Origin: Pseudothermotoga sp.
Lineage (GTDB): Bacteria; Thermotogota; Thermotogae; Thermotogales; DSM-5069
Reading direction: 5' to 3' (one strand)
DNA: 64,000 nucleotides
NCBI GenBank assembly: GCA_031962025.1
Contig: JAVRKW010000005.1
This document shows positions 50,411 through 58,402 of the stretch, in pieces. A program made the translations under genes and the position numbers. The notes beneath the pieces were generated by a model. It saw only the letters and a list, made by a program, of their open reading frames with translations, had not been told where the DNA came from and searched no databases. How positions within the stretch are numbered: position 1 is the first letter of the stretch; each line of letters opens with the position of its first letter.

Positions 50411-51400
50411 TTACAGTATCAACATCGCATCACCAAAAGAATAAAAGCGGTACCTTTCCTTGATCGCCTGCTGATAAGCCTTCATCGTGAAATCATAGCC
50501 AGCAAACGCACTCACAAGCATCAACAGGGTTGATTTGGGAAGATGAAAATTGGTTATCAACGCGTCGACTAATTTAAACTCAAAAGGAGGATATATGTAC
50601 AAAGATGTTTCCCCTTCGGTTTTACCATCTATTGCATATTGTTCAAGTGTTCGGACTACGGTAGTCCCAACTGCTATAACTCTTTTACCCATCGACTTAG
50701 TATATTTTATCAAATCCAGAGTTTCAGATGGTATGTGATAGATCTCTGGATGCATCCTGTGCTGAGTTATGTCCTGCTCTTTAACCGGTCTGAATGTTCC
50801 CGCTCCAACGTGCAGGGTGATCTCGGCTATGTTCACCCCAAGGTTTTTTATTTTCACCATGAGCTCTTCGGTGAAATGAAGACCTGCTGTTGGTGCCGCA
50901 ACGGCACCGTCCACCTTTGCGTAAACTGTCTGATATCTGTCAGGGGAAACTGTACTGTGGATATAAGGTGGCAATGGAACATTTCCTGCACTGAGGATCT
51001 TTTCATCGGTGGTATCAAATTTGAGAATTCTCGTGCCATCTTGAGTTCTTTGAAGACAGACCGCCGTAAAATCACCGAAAGACAGTACATCACCGGGTTT
51101 GACTTTCTTACCAGGTTTTACCATGCAGTTCCACACAGAATCGTCAATTCTGTTGAGCAGGAAAATTTCTACATTGGACTGATTTTTCTTGGCAAACAAT
51201 CTGGCTGGTATAACACGTGTATTGTTGATCACCAAAAGATCCTCTGGCTGTAAATAGTCCACAATCTGGCGAAAAATTCTGTGTTCTATCGTTCCTGTCT
51301 TTCTGTGCAGGACCATCAACCTTGAAGTATCTCTTGGTTCAACGGGCGTCTGTGCTATCAACTGTTCGGGCAGTTCATAATCGAAATCTGACAACTTCAC
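50411..51400 (-). CDS. queA: S-adenosylmethionine:tRNA ribosyltransferase-isomerase
   Basis: DFDYELPEQLIAQ, NNTRVIPARL, PLPPYI, AAPTAGLHF, TNFHLPKSTL, YSFGDAM; GTG start at 51400. Confidence 0.97.
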   Translation of the reverse strand: MKLSDFDYELPEQLIAQTPVEPRDTSRLMVLHRKTGTIEHRIFRQIVDYLQPEDLLVINNTRVIPARLFAKKNQSNVEIFLLNRIDDSVWNCMVKPGKKVKPGDVLSFGDFTAVCLQRTQDGTRILKFDTTDEKILSAGNVPLPPYIHSTVSPDRYQTVYAKVDGAVAAPTAGLHFTEELMVKIKNLGVNIAEITLHVGAGTFRPVKEQDITQHRMHPEIYHIPSETLDLIKYTKSMGKRVIAVGTTVVRTLEQYAIDGKTEGETSLYIYPPFEFKLVDALITNFHLPKSTLLMLVSAFAGYDFTMKAYQQAIKERYRFYSFGDAMLIL

Positions 51401-52350
51401 TCGAAAAACCTCCTCGGATCGATTCTCTGTACCATTGTATCCCATTGCCTGAACCTGTCACTGCTCACAACAACGGCGTTTTTCTCCATAGCAAGCTGCA
51501 AAATGAGTTCATCAGCCGGTGAGTATAAAAAAACCGATGGGCTTTCAAGCCAATTTTCGTCTTTCTTGTCTACAAGATGAACGATATTTTTGTCAAAGAC
51601 TATCCAGAATGGGTAGTAAAAACCATCACTTTGTGCTATTTTCTCCAGCACAAATTCCAGGTCCGACAGTTTTTTTCTGAGCATGAATATGTTGTTCCCA
51701 TCCAGAACCATACCTCTTTCGGCTTTGCGCGTCAGTGCCGCCTGAATATAAGCATGACATCTCAATTTTGACCTTACTTCAGCGCGCTCAAAGGTGTTGA
51801 GGTCAAAATAGAGCTGCCTGTAAGGTTCTATCTTTGAACAATCCTGCAGGGTTATACTGTTGATCTGATTGACAAACCAGTCGATATCACTTTCATCTGA
51901 TTTCATCAATGCGGCTTGAAGTTCGATGAAATCTTTGAGCATGGATTTTCTTAGAACCTTTCGAGCATTGGCAACAAAAGAAATCAGATCATCTGAACCT
52001 ATCAAAGAAGACATCTCATTGGTGGGTGGCGGGTATGAAGAAGGTCTGAGCCAGAACAAAAATTCAAGACAATGCAAAGCTGGTACGGAAAGTTCTTCAG
52101 ACAGATTATACAGTCTTTTGACCAACGGGATACCTTTGTCAAACAACCCAGAAAGACACTTTTGCAAAAAATCCGCTCTCTTTTCCATCACTACATTTTT
52201 GACTGGCCCTATTAAATTATCTGCAAAAGATTTTACATCGTCATTTGACCAGCTTCCAAGCTTTGCAATTAAACGGATTATATTATTTCTCTTCATCTGC
52301 AACCTGTGTACTCTGAGCAGGTAATCTGGATCATAGATGTTTAAAGTCAT
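51397..52350 (-). CDS. NYN/PIN-fold ribonuclease (Zc3h12a-like) with a helical N-terminal region
   Basis: C-terminal VLDGNN, IVFD, ADELILQLA, VVVSSDRFRQW acidic active-site pattern. Confidence 0.7.
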   Translation of the reverse strand: MTLNIYDPDYLLRVHRLQMKRNNIIRLIAKLGSWSNDDVKSFADNLIGPVKNVVMEKRADFLQKCLSGLFDKGIPLVKRLYNLSEELSVPALHCLEFLFWLRPSSYPPPTNEMSSLIGSDDLISFVANARKVLRKSMLKDFIELQAALMKSDESDIDWFVNQINSITLQDCSKIEPYRQLYFDLNTFERAEVRSKLRCHAYIQAALTRKAERGMVLDGNNIFMLRKKLSDLEFVLEKIAQSDGFYYPFWIVFDKNIVHLVDKKDENWLESPSVFLYSPADELILQLAMEKNAVVVSSDRFRQWDTMVQRIDPRRFFE

Positions 52351-53633
52351 TTTAAGCGCCTCACAACATAGTAAGTGAGATATCCCAACAAAATCGAGAA
52401 AATCGATCTATAAAGTGAAACAACAAGAGGCGTCTTTATGTGACAAAATGTGTTAAAAGTTGATACAAGCGCTATGGAGCCAAGTATTTCCAGTAAAAAG
52501 TTCCATTTGAAGTTTTTCACTTCAAGAGAAATGAAATACACCGGATAGAGAACCACTTCTTTGAACCTTGGCCTGATCCAGAAAACTCCTTCGATAAAAT
52601 CTCTCAGTTTTCTTTCTGCATCCGGAACAAAGGCAATGTTTCCTGATCTGGAAATGTAATAAAATCCAAACAAACCTGCCAATATCGCAAAGTATGGCAG
52701 ATACTTTTTGAGCCAATTCCATTGCTTGACAAGGGCTATTATCACCAAAACAACTGGTAAAGCTAAAAGAGACAGTTTGACCCCTCTAAACTGATCCAAA
52801 TCGTTCATGTGACTGAAATCCGATAATGCCGAGTATGTCAATAAGCCCAAAAGTAGATAAACCAGAGCAAGCAGTTCTTTTCTGCGAACGGAGAAATACA
52901 AAGTTATCGTCGCTGTTATTGAAGCCACCGAAACAGAGATGGGAAAACCAAACGGCAATGCCAGTATGGGAAGCAGTACAGCCAGTATTTTGTAAGATGC
53001 CAGTGCAAATAGGATTGCGATAAACGGGATAACGCGCAATGCTAAAAAGTCTTTTTGAGGTGCCGGAAAAGAAGAAGGTTTCCCCAACTGCTTTTCAAGT
53101 TTTTCCAGTATTTTTTGCATATCTATTCCATTCAGAGGTTGTATCCAGAGCAGATCAATACTTCTCTCCAAGATTGCCCTTCGCAGTCTGTAATATATCA
53201 TCGTTTCGTCCAAGCCCAGTTTCTCGACCTCTTCCTGTCTGATCGTATGGACACGGAAGATGAGCTCTTTTGAGGATCTCTGACTTGCTATTTTTTTTGC
53301 AAAGGGAAGACTTTCGTTGAACTCAAGTATACCAACATGGATCTGGTATCTATCAGCATCTTGGATGTAATTCACTGGATCGACATTGCTGAAATCACCC
53401 TTAAAGATGACGTACTTCATCTGGGGTTGCAATTTCTCGCCAGGTTCAATAACCCAGACTATTTCACCGTTTTTTAAAACAATCCTCTTGTCATCCAGAG
53501 TGAAACCCACACAGTAACTCAGGGCTTTTCTGTCAGACTCGATTCTTGCAGGTATGAAAAACGCAAGATAGCCAGCGCAAACAAATAAAAACAGCCAGCC
53601 ACTAATGTATCTCAATCTCATACCTTTGTCCAT
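52347..53633 (-). CDS. Multi-pass membrane protein, DUF5693-like
   Basis: FRGVKL, RSGN, RPRFKE, NTFCHIKTP; multiple TMs. Confidence 0.65.
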   Translation of the reverse strand: MDKGMRLRYISGWLFLFVCAGYLAFFIPARIESDRKALSYCVGFTLDDKRIVLKNGEIVWVIEPGEKLQPQMKYVIFKGDFSNVDPVNYIQDADRYQIHVGILEFNESLPFAKKIASQRSSKELIFRVHTIRQEEVEKLGLDETMIYYRLRRAILERSIDLLWIQPLNGIDMQKILEKLEKQLGKPSSFPAPQKDFLALRVIPFIAILFALASYKILAVLLPILALPFGFPISVSVASITATITLYFSVRRKELLALVYLLLGLLTYSALSDFSHMNDLDQFRGVKLSLLALPVVLVIIALVKQWNWLKKYLPYFAILAGLFGFYYISRSGNIAFVPDAERKLRDFIEGVFWIRPRFKEVVLYPVYFISLEVKNFKWNFLLEILGSIALVSTFNTFCHIKTPLVVSLYRSIFSILLGYLTYYVVRRLK

Positions 53634-54855
53634 CTTTAACCACCTCGGCAGATACGTCCTTTGCCAGCCACCACTTTATGTACGGTGAAATGAAGTTGAA
53701 TCCCAAAACATCAAAGTGGACTTCTTCCCGTTCTACGAGTATTCCATCCTTAGCCAGATCTGTATTGCTGATCTGTTTAATGACGTATGATTTGTTTGAA
53801 AAGCTATCTTCTGCTATGGCAACGATCGTATGATTTGCTTTTGTAAGAGTCAGTATACCTTTTGTAATTTCAAGCTTTTGACCATCAAGAAAGACATTAA
53901 CAGTATAGGCTGTCATATCCTGAACAAAAGTGGACAGTTCAAAAATACCCGGTGCCTTTGGAGAGATGTGAAGTTCAAGTAATGGACTGGTGCTGTCTGT
54001 GACAGTCGCTTTGATGAGTTTTAACTGACCTGCCTGCATCTGCAAGAAAACAAACTTACCCACAGCTGTCAGAGTCGAACAGTCAAACCCGCTCAAAGAG
54101 ATAAAATTTTCATCCAAACGATCTCCTATTTCAAAATTTTTCTCAATACTGAAATCTCTTTGATCTAAAACAGATACGTTAAAATTATAGAGTTTACCAG
54201 CAATTTGCGCATTGATCGAATGTTCACCGGTTGAAAAAACGGCACAGATGCCACTGTGGTTTATTCCATCAACAGTCCATTCAATCTTATCAGTTCCATT
54301 TTTGAAAATTGGGATGATCGCACCTCCAAAACCAGGATAACTCGTAACAATCCAGTCTACACCCAGATCAGGTGCCTTTAGCGGATACTTTCCGGGTCTG
54401 GTGATCTTTGACAGGTCATAGTTGACAAAATGCGGCAAAAATTCCTTTATTTTTTCGCTGTCAAATTCAAGGACAAGGATATGATCAGGGTAGATCTCTA
54501 TTGGATACCTATCAATCGTCACCAGCACCGGAACATTTGAATTGAACAACTCAACGAGTTTTTCATATATCGACTGTGGTATCACTATATCGGTCATCAT
54601 GGTGCCGATGGTCTTACCGCAGTTTAGGATGAGAAACTCTCTTTTTGGAAGCGGGATGTATTCAACAGAGACCTTTGGGGGTATGTAGTGTTCTATGATG
54701 TAATCTGTGAAACTGATTTGGTTGCTGACTTGAAAATTGAATATTGCTTGTACTCTGTCATCGTAAAAAAGATAACCGGTCTTATCGTAGGTATTCAAGA
54801 GCAACTGCTGAGAAAAGTACAGAGATGCGATGAGCAAAAACGGAAAGATTTTCAA
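53602..54855 (-). CDS. Hypothetical exported protein, beta-rich (possible Ig-like domains)
   Basis: Signal-peptide-like N-terminus; HTIVAIAEDSFSNKS Ig-like strand; overlaps its neighbours. Confidence 0.65.
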   Translation of the reverse strand: MKIFPFLLIASLYFSQQLLLNTYDKTGYLFYDDRVQAIFNFQVSNQISFTDYIIEHYIPPKVSVEYIPLPKREFLILNCGKTIGTMMTDIVIPQSIYEKLVELFNSNVPVLVTIDRYPIEIYPDHILVLEFDSEKIKEFLPHFVNYDLSKITRPGKYPLKAPDLGVDWIVTSYPGFGGAIIPIFKNGTDKIEWTVDGINHSGICAVFSTGEHSINAQIAGKLYNFNVSVLDQRDFSIEKNFEIGDRLDENFISLSGFDCSTLTAVGKFVFLQMQAGQLKLIKATVTDSTSPLLELHISPKAPGIFELSTFVQDMTAYTVNVFLDGQKLEITKGILTLTKANHTIVAIAEDSFSNKSYVIKQISNTDLAKDGILVEREEVHFDVLGFNFISPYIKWWLAKDVSAEVVKDGQRYEIEIH

Positions 54856-55742
54856 CTGTTGAGCCTCCTTAGGACCTCTTTCAGATCCTGGGTGAGTGGG
54901 GCTTTGATCTGCAATTTTCCCGGCTCAGATGGATGTGCCAGAGTCAAACGGATACAGTGCAGAAACTGTCTTCTAAGACCGTATCTTTCTTTGTACATAT
55001 TGTTCACCGCTCTGTCTCCATAAAGCGTATCTCCAATAACAGGATTGCCAATTAAAGCAAAATGTCTTCTTATCTGGTGAGTACGACCTGTGTGCAAAAT
55101 CACACTCACAAGTGTTGAGTCCTGAAAGTTTTTAAGAGTCCTGTACTCGGTAATTGCTTCTGAATCATCCAGAGCGATATCTATCACTCCAGAACTCTTT
55201 GGTTTTCCATAGACTAAAGATATGTACTCTTTCTGGACAAGTCTCTCCTTAAACATTCGACTCAAAACCCTGGCTGTTGGTAAGTTTTTTGCCACTATGA
55301 GTGCACCAGATGTATCCCTATCGAGTCTGTGGACAAGATGTGGTTGAAAGCCAGCTTTGTTTCCATAAAAGATCAAACCCTGGATCAGTGTTGAACCTTT
55401 AGTCCTCTGGGCAGGATGTAGAGCTATACCTGCTTTTTTGTTCAAAACCAGTATGTTTTCATCTTCATAAAGGATATCGAGCTTCAATGGGACAGGAGTG
55501 ACCGCGTCTTTCTTTCTGTTGTAAACAGATATATCCACAAGCACATCTATTCTGTCGCCTGTTTCAATCTCGTAATGTGGTTTTTTGACGGTCTTGTCGT
55601 TGACCAGAACTTTCCCGGTGCGTATTAATTTGTATATCTCGGAAAGTGGTACGATTTTCAATTGATTTCTGAGAAACTTGTCTATTCTTCTGTACTGGTT
55701 GTTTTCTTTCACGACAAATTCCAATTTTCTATCTTCCTCCAT
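54852..55742 (-). CDS. RluA-family pseudouridine synthase with S4 domain
   Basis: RIDKFL S4 start, VHRLDRDTSG, TGRTHQIR, GDTLYG, QFLH. Confidence 0.93.
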   Translation of the reverse strand: MEEDRKLEFVVKENNQYRRIDKFLRNQLKIVPLSEIYKLIRTGKVLVNDKTVKKPHYEIETGDRIDVLVDISVYNRKKDAVTPVPLKLDILYEDENILVLNKKAGIALHPAQRTKGSTLIQGLIFYGNKAGFQPHLVHRLDRDTSGALIVAKNLPTARVLSRMFKERLVQKEYISLVYGKPKSSGVIDIALDDSEAITEYRTLKNFQDSTLVSVILHTGRTHQIRRHFALIGNPVIGDTLYGDRAVNNMYKERYGLRRQFLHCIRLTLAHPSEPGKLQIKAPLTQDLKEVLRRLNS

Positions 55743-56178
55743 GTTTCATGAGAATTTTGATCTTTTTGTCTATTTCCTTCTTTTTGATTTCCTCGCGCTT
55801 ATCATATTGTTTTTTTCCTCTTACCAGTGCTATCTCAACTTTGGCGATGCCTCTATCGTTAAAGTAGATCTTGGTAGGTATCAGTGTCAAGCCGGCTGTA
55901 CTTAGTTTACCGGTCAGTTTTCTGATTTCCTTTTTGTGCAACAAAAGCCTTCTTGGTCTTTCTGGATCGTGGTTGAACCTGTTTGCGAATCTGTAAGGAC
56001 TGATATGCAAATTGAGAAGGTAGATCTCGCCGTTTTTGGCACGACAAAAAGAGTCCTTGAAGGACACGTTCTTCTCACGCAGAGATTTCACTTCTGTACC
56101 TTTTAGTTCTATGCCGGCTTCGTATTTTTCAAGTATCTCGTAATCTTTCGCTTTTTTATTCACAGCCACTATTTGCAG
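55729..56178 (-). CDS. smpB: SsrA-binding protein
   Basis: NKKA..DY, EAGIELKGTEVKS, HISPY, RLLLHKKEI, GKKQYDKRE; probable CTG start at 56178. Confidence 0.95.
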   Translation of the reverse strand: MQIVAVNKKAKDYEILEKYEAGIELKGTEVKSLREKNVSFKDSFCRAKNGEIYLLNLHISPYRFANRFNHDPERPRRLLLHKKEIRKLTGKLSTAGLTLIPTKIYFNDRGIAKVEIALVRGKKQYDKREEIKKKEIDKKIKILMKHGGR

Positions 56179-56190
56179 AATAATTCCTCC

Positions 56191-56514
56191 TTATGGTTGT
56201 ACACCTTCAAAGTGTTCTATGCCCTTTTCAGTTACCTCTATTACATCTATTCTATACCCTGAACATTCCTGAGGATTTCTCATGATGTAGTCATTCGCAG
56301 CAAGTTGAATGTGTTGCATTTTTTTGAGATCCACCCTTGTTCTTGGCAAAAAGTCGCTCAAACCGCTTTTAACCTCAATAAAAACGAGGTATTTCCCATA
56401 CCTCGCTATTATATCTATTTCACCGAATTTCGTTCTGTAATTGCGCTCCAGTATCTTGAATCCTTTGCGACGCAGGTACGCTGCTGCCTTTTTTTCTGCT
56501 TGCTTCCAGTTCAA
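56191..56514 (-). CDS. YraN/UPF0102 family putative endonuclease
   Basis: AAAYLRRKGFKILERNYRTKFGEIDII...LVFIEVK...RIDVI. Confidence 0.9.
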   Translation of the reverse strand: MNWKQAEKKAAAYLRRKGFKILERNYRTKFGEIDIIARYGKYLVFIEVKSGLSDFLPRTRVDLKKMQHIQLAANDYIMRNPQECSGYRIDVIEVTEKGIEHFEGVQP

Positions 56515-56801
56515 GCGTGTATCCCCGGAACAACTATGTGTCCCGAACGCTCTTTGGGAAAATTAGATCTGATTAGATCGGCGCAGTCTGATTCTCTAAC
56601 AGTATCTTCGCGCAAATCAACTGGATTTTCTATCGGCGTGTACATTGGTTCCACTGAATTCACATCTACCTCGTTCAAAAGTTCCATATATCCGAGGATT
56701 TCATGCATATCTTTTTCTATCGATTCTCTTTGCTCCTGTGTCAATTCCAGAGCTGATAAATTCTCAAGATGTCTTATCAGATCGGAGTTTATTTTGATCA
56801 A
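56511..56801 (-). CDS. gatC: Asp/Glu-tRNA amidotransferase subunit C
   Basis: HLENLSALEL, ILGYMELLNEVD, VEPM, LREDTV, VVPG. Confidence 0.9.
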   Translation of the reverse strand: MIKINSDLIRHLENLSALELTQEQRESIEKDMHEILGYMELLNEVDVNSVEPMYTPIENPVDLREDTVRESDCADLIRSNFPKERSGHIVVPGIHA

Positions 56802-57021
56802 CTTCTATCACCTCTTTGATATTTTCGATACTGGATTGAGCAGCCAATAGATTTGCTTCAACTATCTTTTGATATATTTCCGTCCTGTATATTTTAACAC
56901 GTAAAGGTGCAGAAATACCAACCTTGACTTCGCCGCCTTCTATCTTCAAGATCTTTATCTCTATCTCGTCTCCAACCATGAAACTCTCTCCGACTTTTCT
57001 TGAAATGACTAACAAGATCAA
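56764..57021 (-). CDS. csrA: Carbon storage regulator CsrA
   Basis: LVISRKVGES..VGDEIEI...VKVGISAP..VKIYRTEIY. Confidence 0.93.
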   Translation of the reverse strand: MILLVISRKVGESFMVGDEIEIKILKIEGGEVKVGISAPLRVKIYRTEIYQKIVEANLLAAQSSIENIKEVIEVDQNKLRSDKTS

Positions 57022-57491
57022 CCACTCCCTGTTTTGCTGTTTGCTAGAATTTTCTTGCTCCTTTCTATTTCTTCTCTTAGAGAATGCTTCACCGAGTAGT
57101 TGCTCTCTTCCTGTATGATCTGTTTTGCCTTCCTGTTTTTCAAGTTTATCACGATCGGTGCGAGCAAATTTATCGTCGTCTCGCCCGGATTGTCTTTTGG
57201 AATGGTTAGAACAGCCCAGATACTCAAATCAGCCTGATTTTCGATGCCCAGTTCCTGCACATCTGTTTGGGACAGGTTCAGAGAATAATCAACACACACC
57301 AGCCATGGATTTACAACTGGAAGTGCCACAAATCTATCTTCGAGAGATACAAGCCAGTGAATTGGCTGATCGTTATCCTGCGCTATAAGGGCAAATTTTC
57401 TGAGATTTGGAAAACCAGGTATGCCATTTTGAAAGTTTAAGATCTGTTCATCTGTGATATCTACTTCACCCAGTTTTGTACTGTAGATCAT
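57018..57491 (-). CDS. fliW: Flagellar assembly factor FliW
   Basis: TKLGEV, GIPGF, VNPW...DY, TINLLAPIVIN, KQII; upstream of csrA. Confidence 0.93.
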   Translation of the reverse strand: MIYSTKLGEVDITDEQILNFQNGIPGFPNLRKFALIAQDNDQPIHWLVSLEDRFVALPVVNPWLVCVDYSLNLSQTDVQELGIENQADLSIWAVLTIPKDNPGETTINLLAPIVINLKNRKAKQIIQEESNYSVKHSLREEIERSKKILANSKTGSG

Positions 57492-57506
57492 CGCAAATAC
57501 ACCTCT

Positions 57507-58397
57507 TCATTTGATAAAATCAACCAAAGTTGCGGTCAAAACATTTGCCGCCGATTTCAGAGCAGCCGTTAGAGCAGCCTGTTTTGTCGATAAATCTGTT
57601 ATAACCTTTGCCAGATCGGTGTCTTTCTCCTTGGAAATTTGCTCGGTCATGAAAATGTTCAAATCCTCAATCCTGGAAGATACCATTTCAACCATCCTTT
57701 GGTTTGCTCCGACTTTTGCAAGGCTCTTTGCCACCGAGTCTTCAAGATAGTCCAAACTCATAAGAGAAACCTTGCTGAGCGCACTCTGATCGTTCTTTTC
57801 AAGTGCATCTATTGCCGTATCGATCAACTTGAAAACACTCACACCGCCTTTGGTCATGAACACGTCGTTGACAGTCAGACCGTAATTTATTTCATATCCA
57901 AGCGCATTGACAAACCTCGGTTTTGACGCGGCAGGATCGAGTACTATGTTCCCCTGTTCATCGACTGGTGGCTTATCACTTACATATCCGCCAAAAACAT
58001 AATCTGTTCCAATCTGAGTATTGGCAATTTGAACAAGATGCTGTTTGATCTGTTGTATTTCCCTTGAAATAGCCTGCCTTTGATCGGCGGTCAATACGCC
58101 ATTGGCACTTTGAACTAAAAGTTCTCTCAGTCTTTGATAGACAGTGCTGACTTCCTGAAGAGAGGTGTCGTAAGACTGGAGAATGCTCTGAGCATGGTTT
58201 ATATTCCTTTTGTATTGTTCAAGCTCTCTGAGACGAGTATCTGTTTTAGCGGCTCTTGTTGCGACTATTGCGTCATCACTCGGATACCTCACAAGCGTTC
58301 CTGATGACAGTTGATCATGGAGCTTTGCTATCTTATTGATGTTGCTCTGAATATTGCTCAAAACCCTTTCACTTATCATCCTGTCTGTAACTCTCAT
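57507..58397 (-). CDS. flgL: Flagellar hook-associated protein FlgL
   Basis: MRVTDRM, QLSSG..VRYPSDD, YVFGG, TLVDFIK. Confidence 0.93.
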   Translation of the reverse strand: MRVTDRMISERVLSNIQSNINKIAKLHDQLSSGTLVRYPSDDAIVATRAAKTDTRLRELEQYKRNINHAQSILQSYDTSLQEVSTVYQRLRELLVQSANGVLTADQRQAISREIQQIKQHLVQIANTQIGTDYVFGGYVSDKPPVDEQGNIVLDPAASKPRFVNALGYEINYGLTVNDVFMTKGGVSVFKLIDTAIDALEKNDQSALSKVSLMSLDYLEDSVAKSLAKVGANQRMVEMVSSRIEDLNIFMTEQISKEKDTDLAKVITDLSTKQAALTAALKSAANVLTATLVDFIK

Positions 58398-58402
58398 TCA
58401 GA

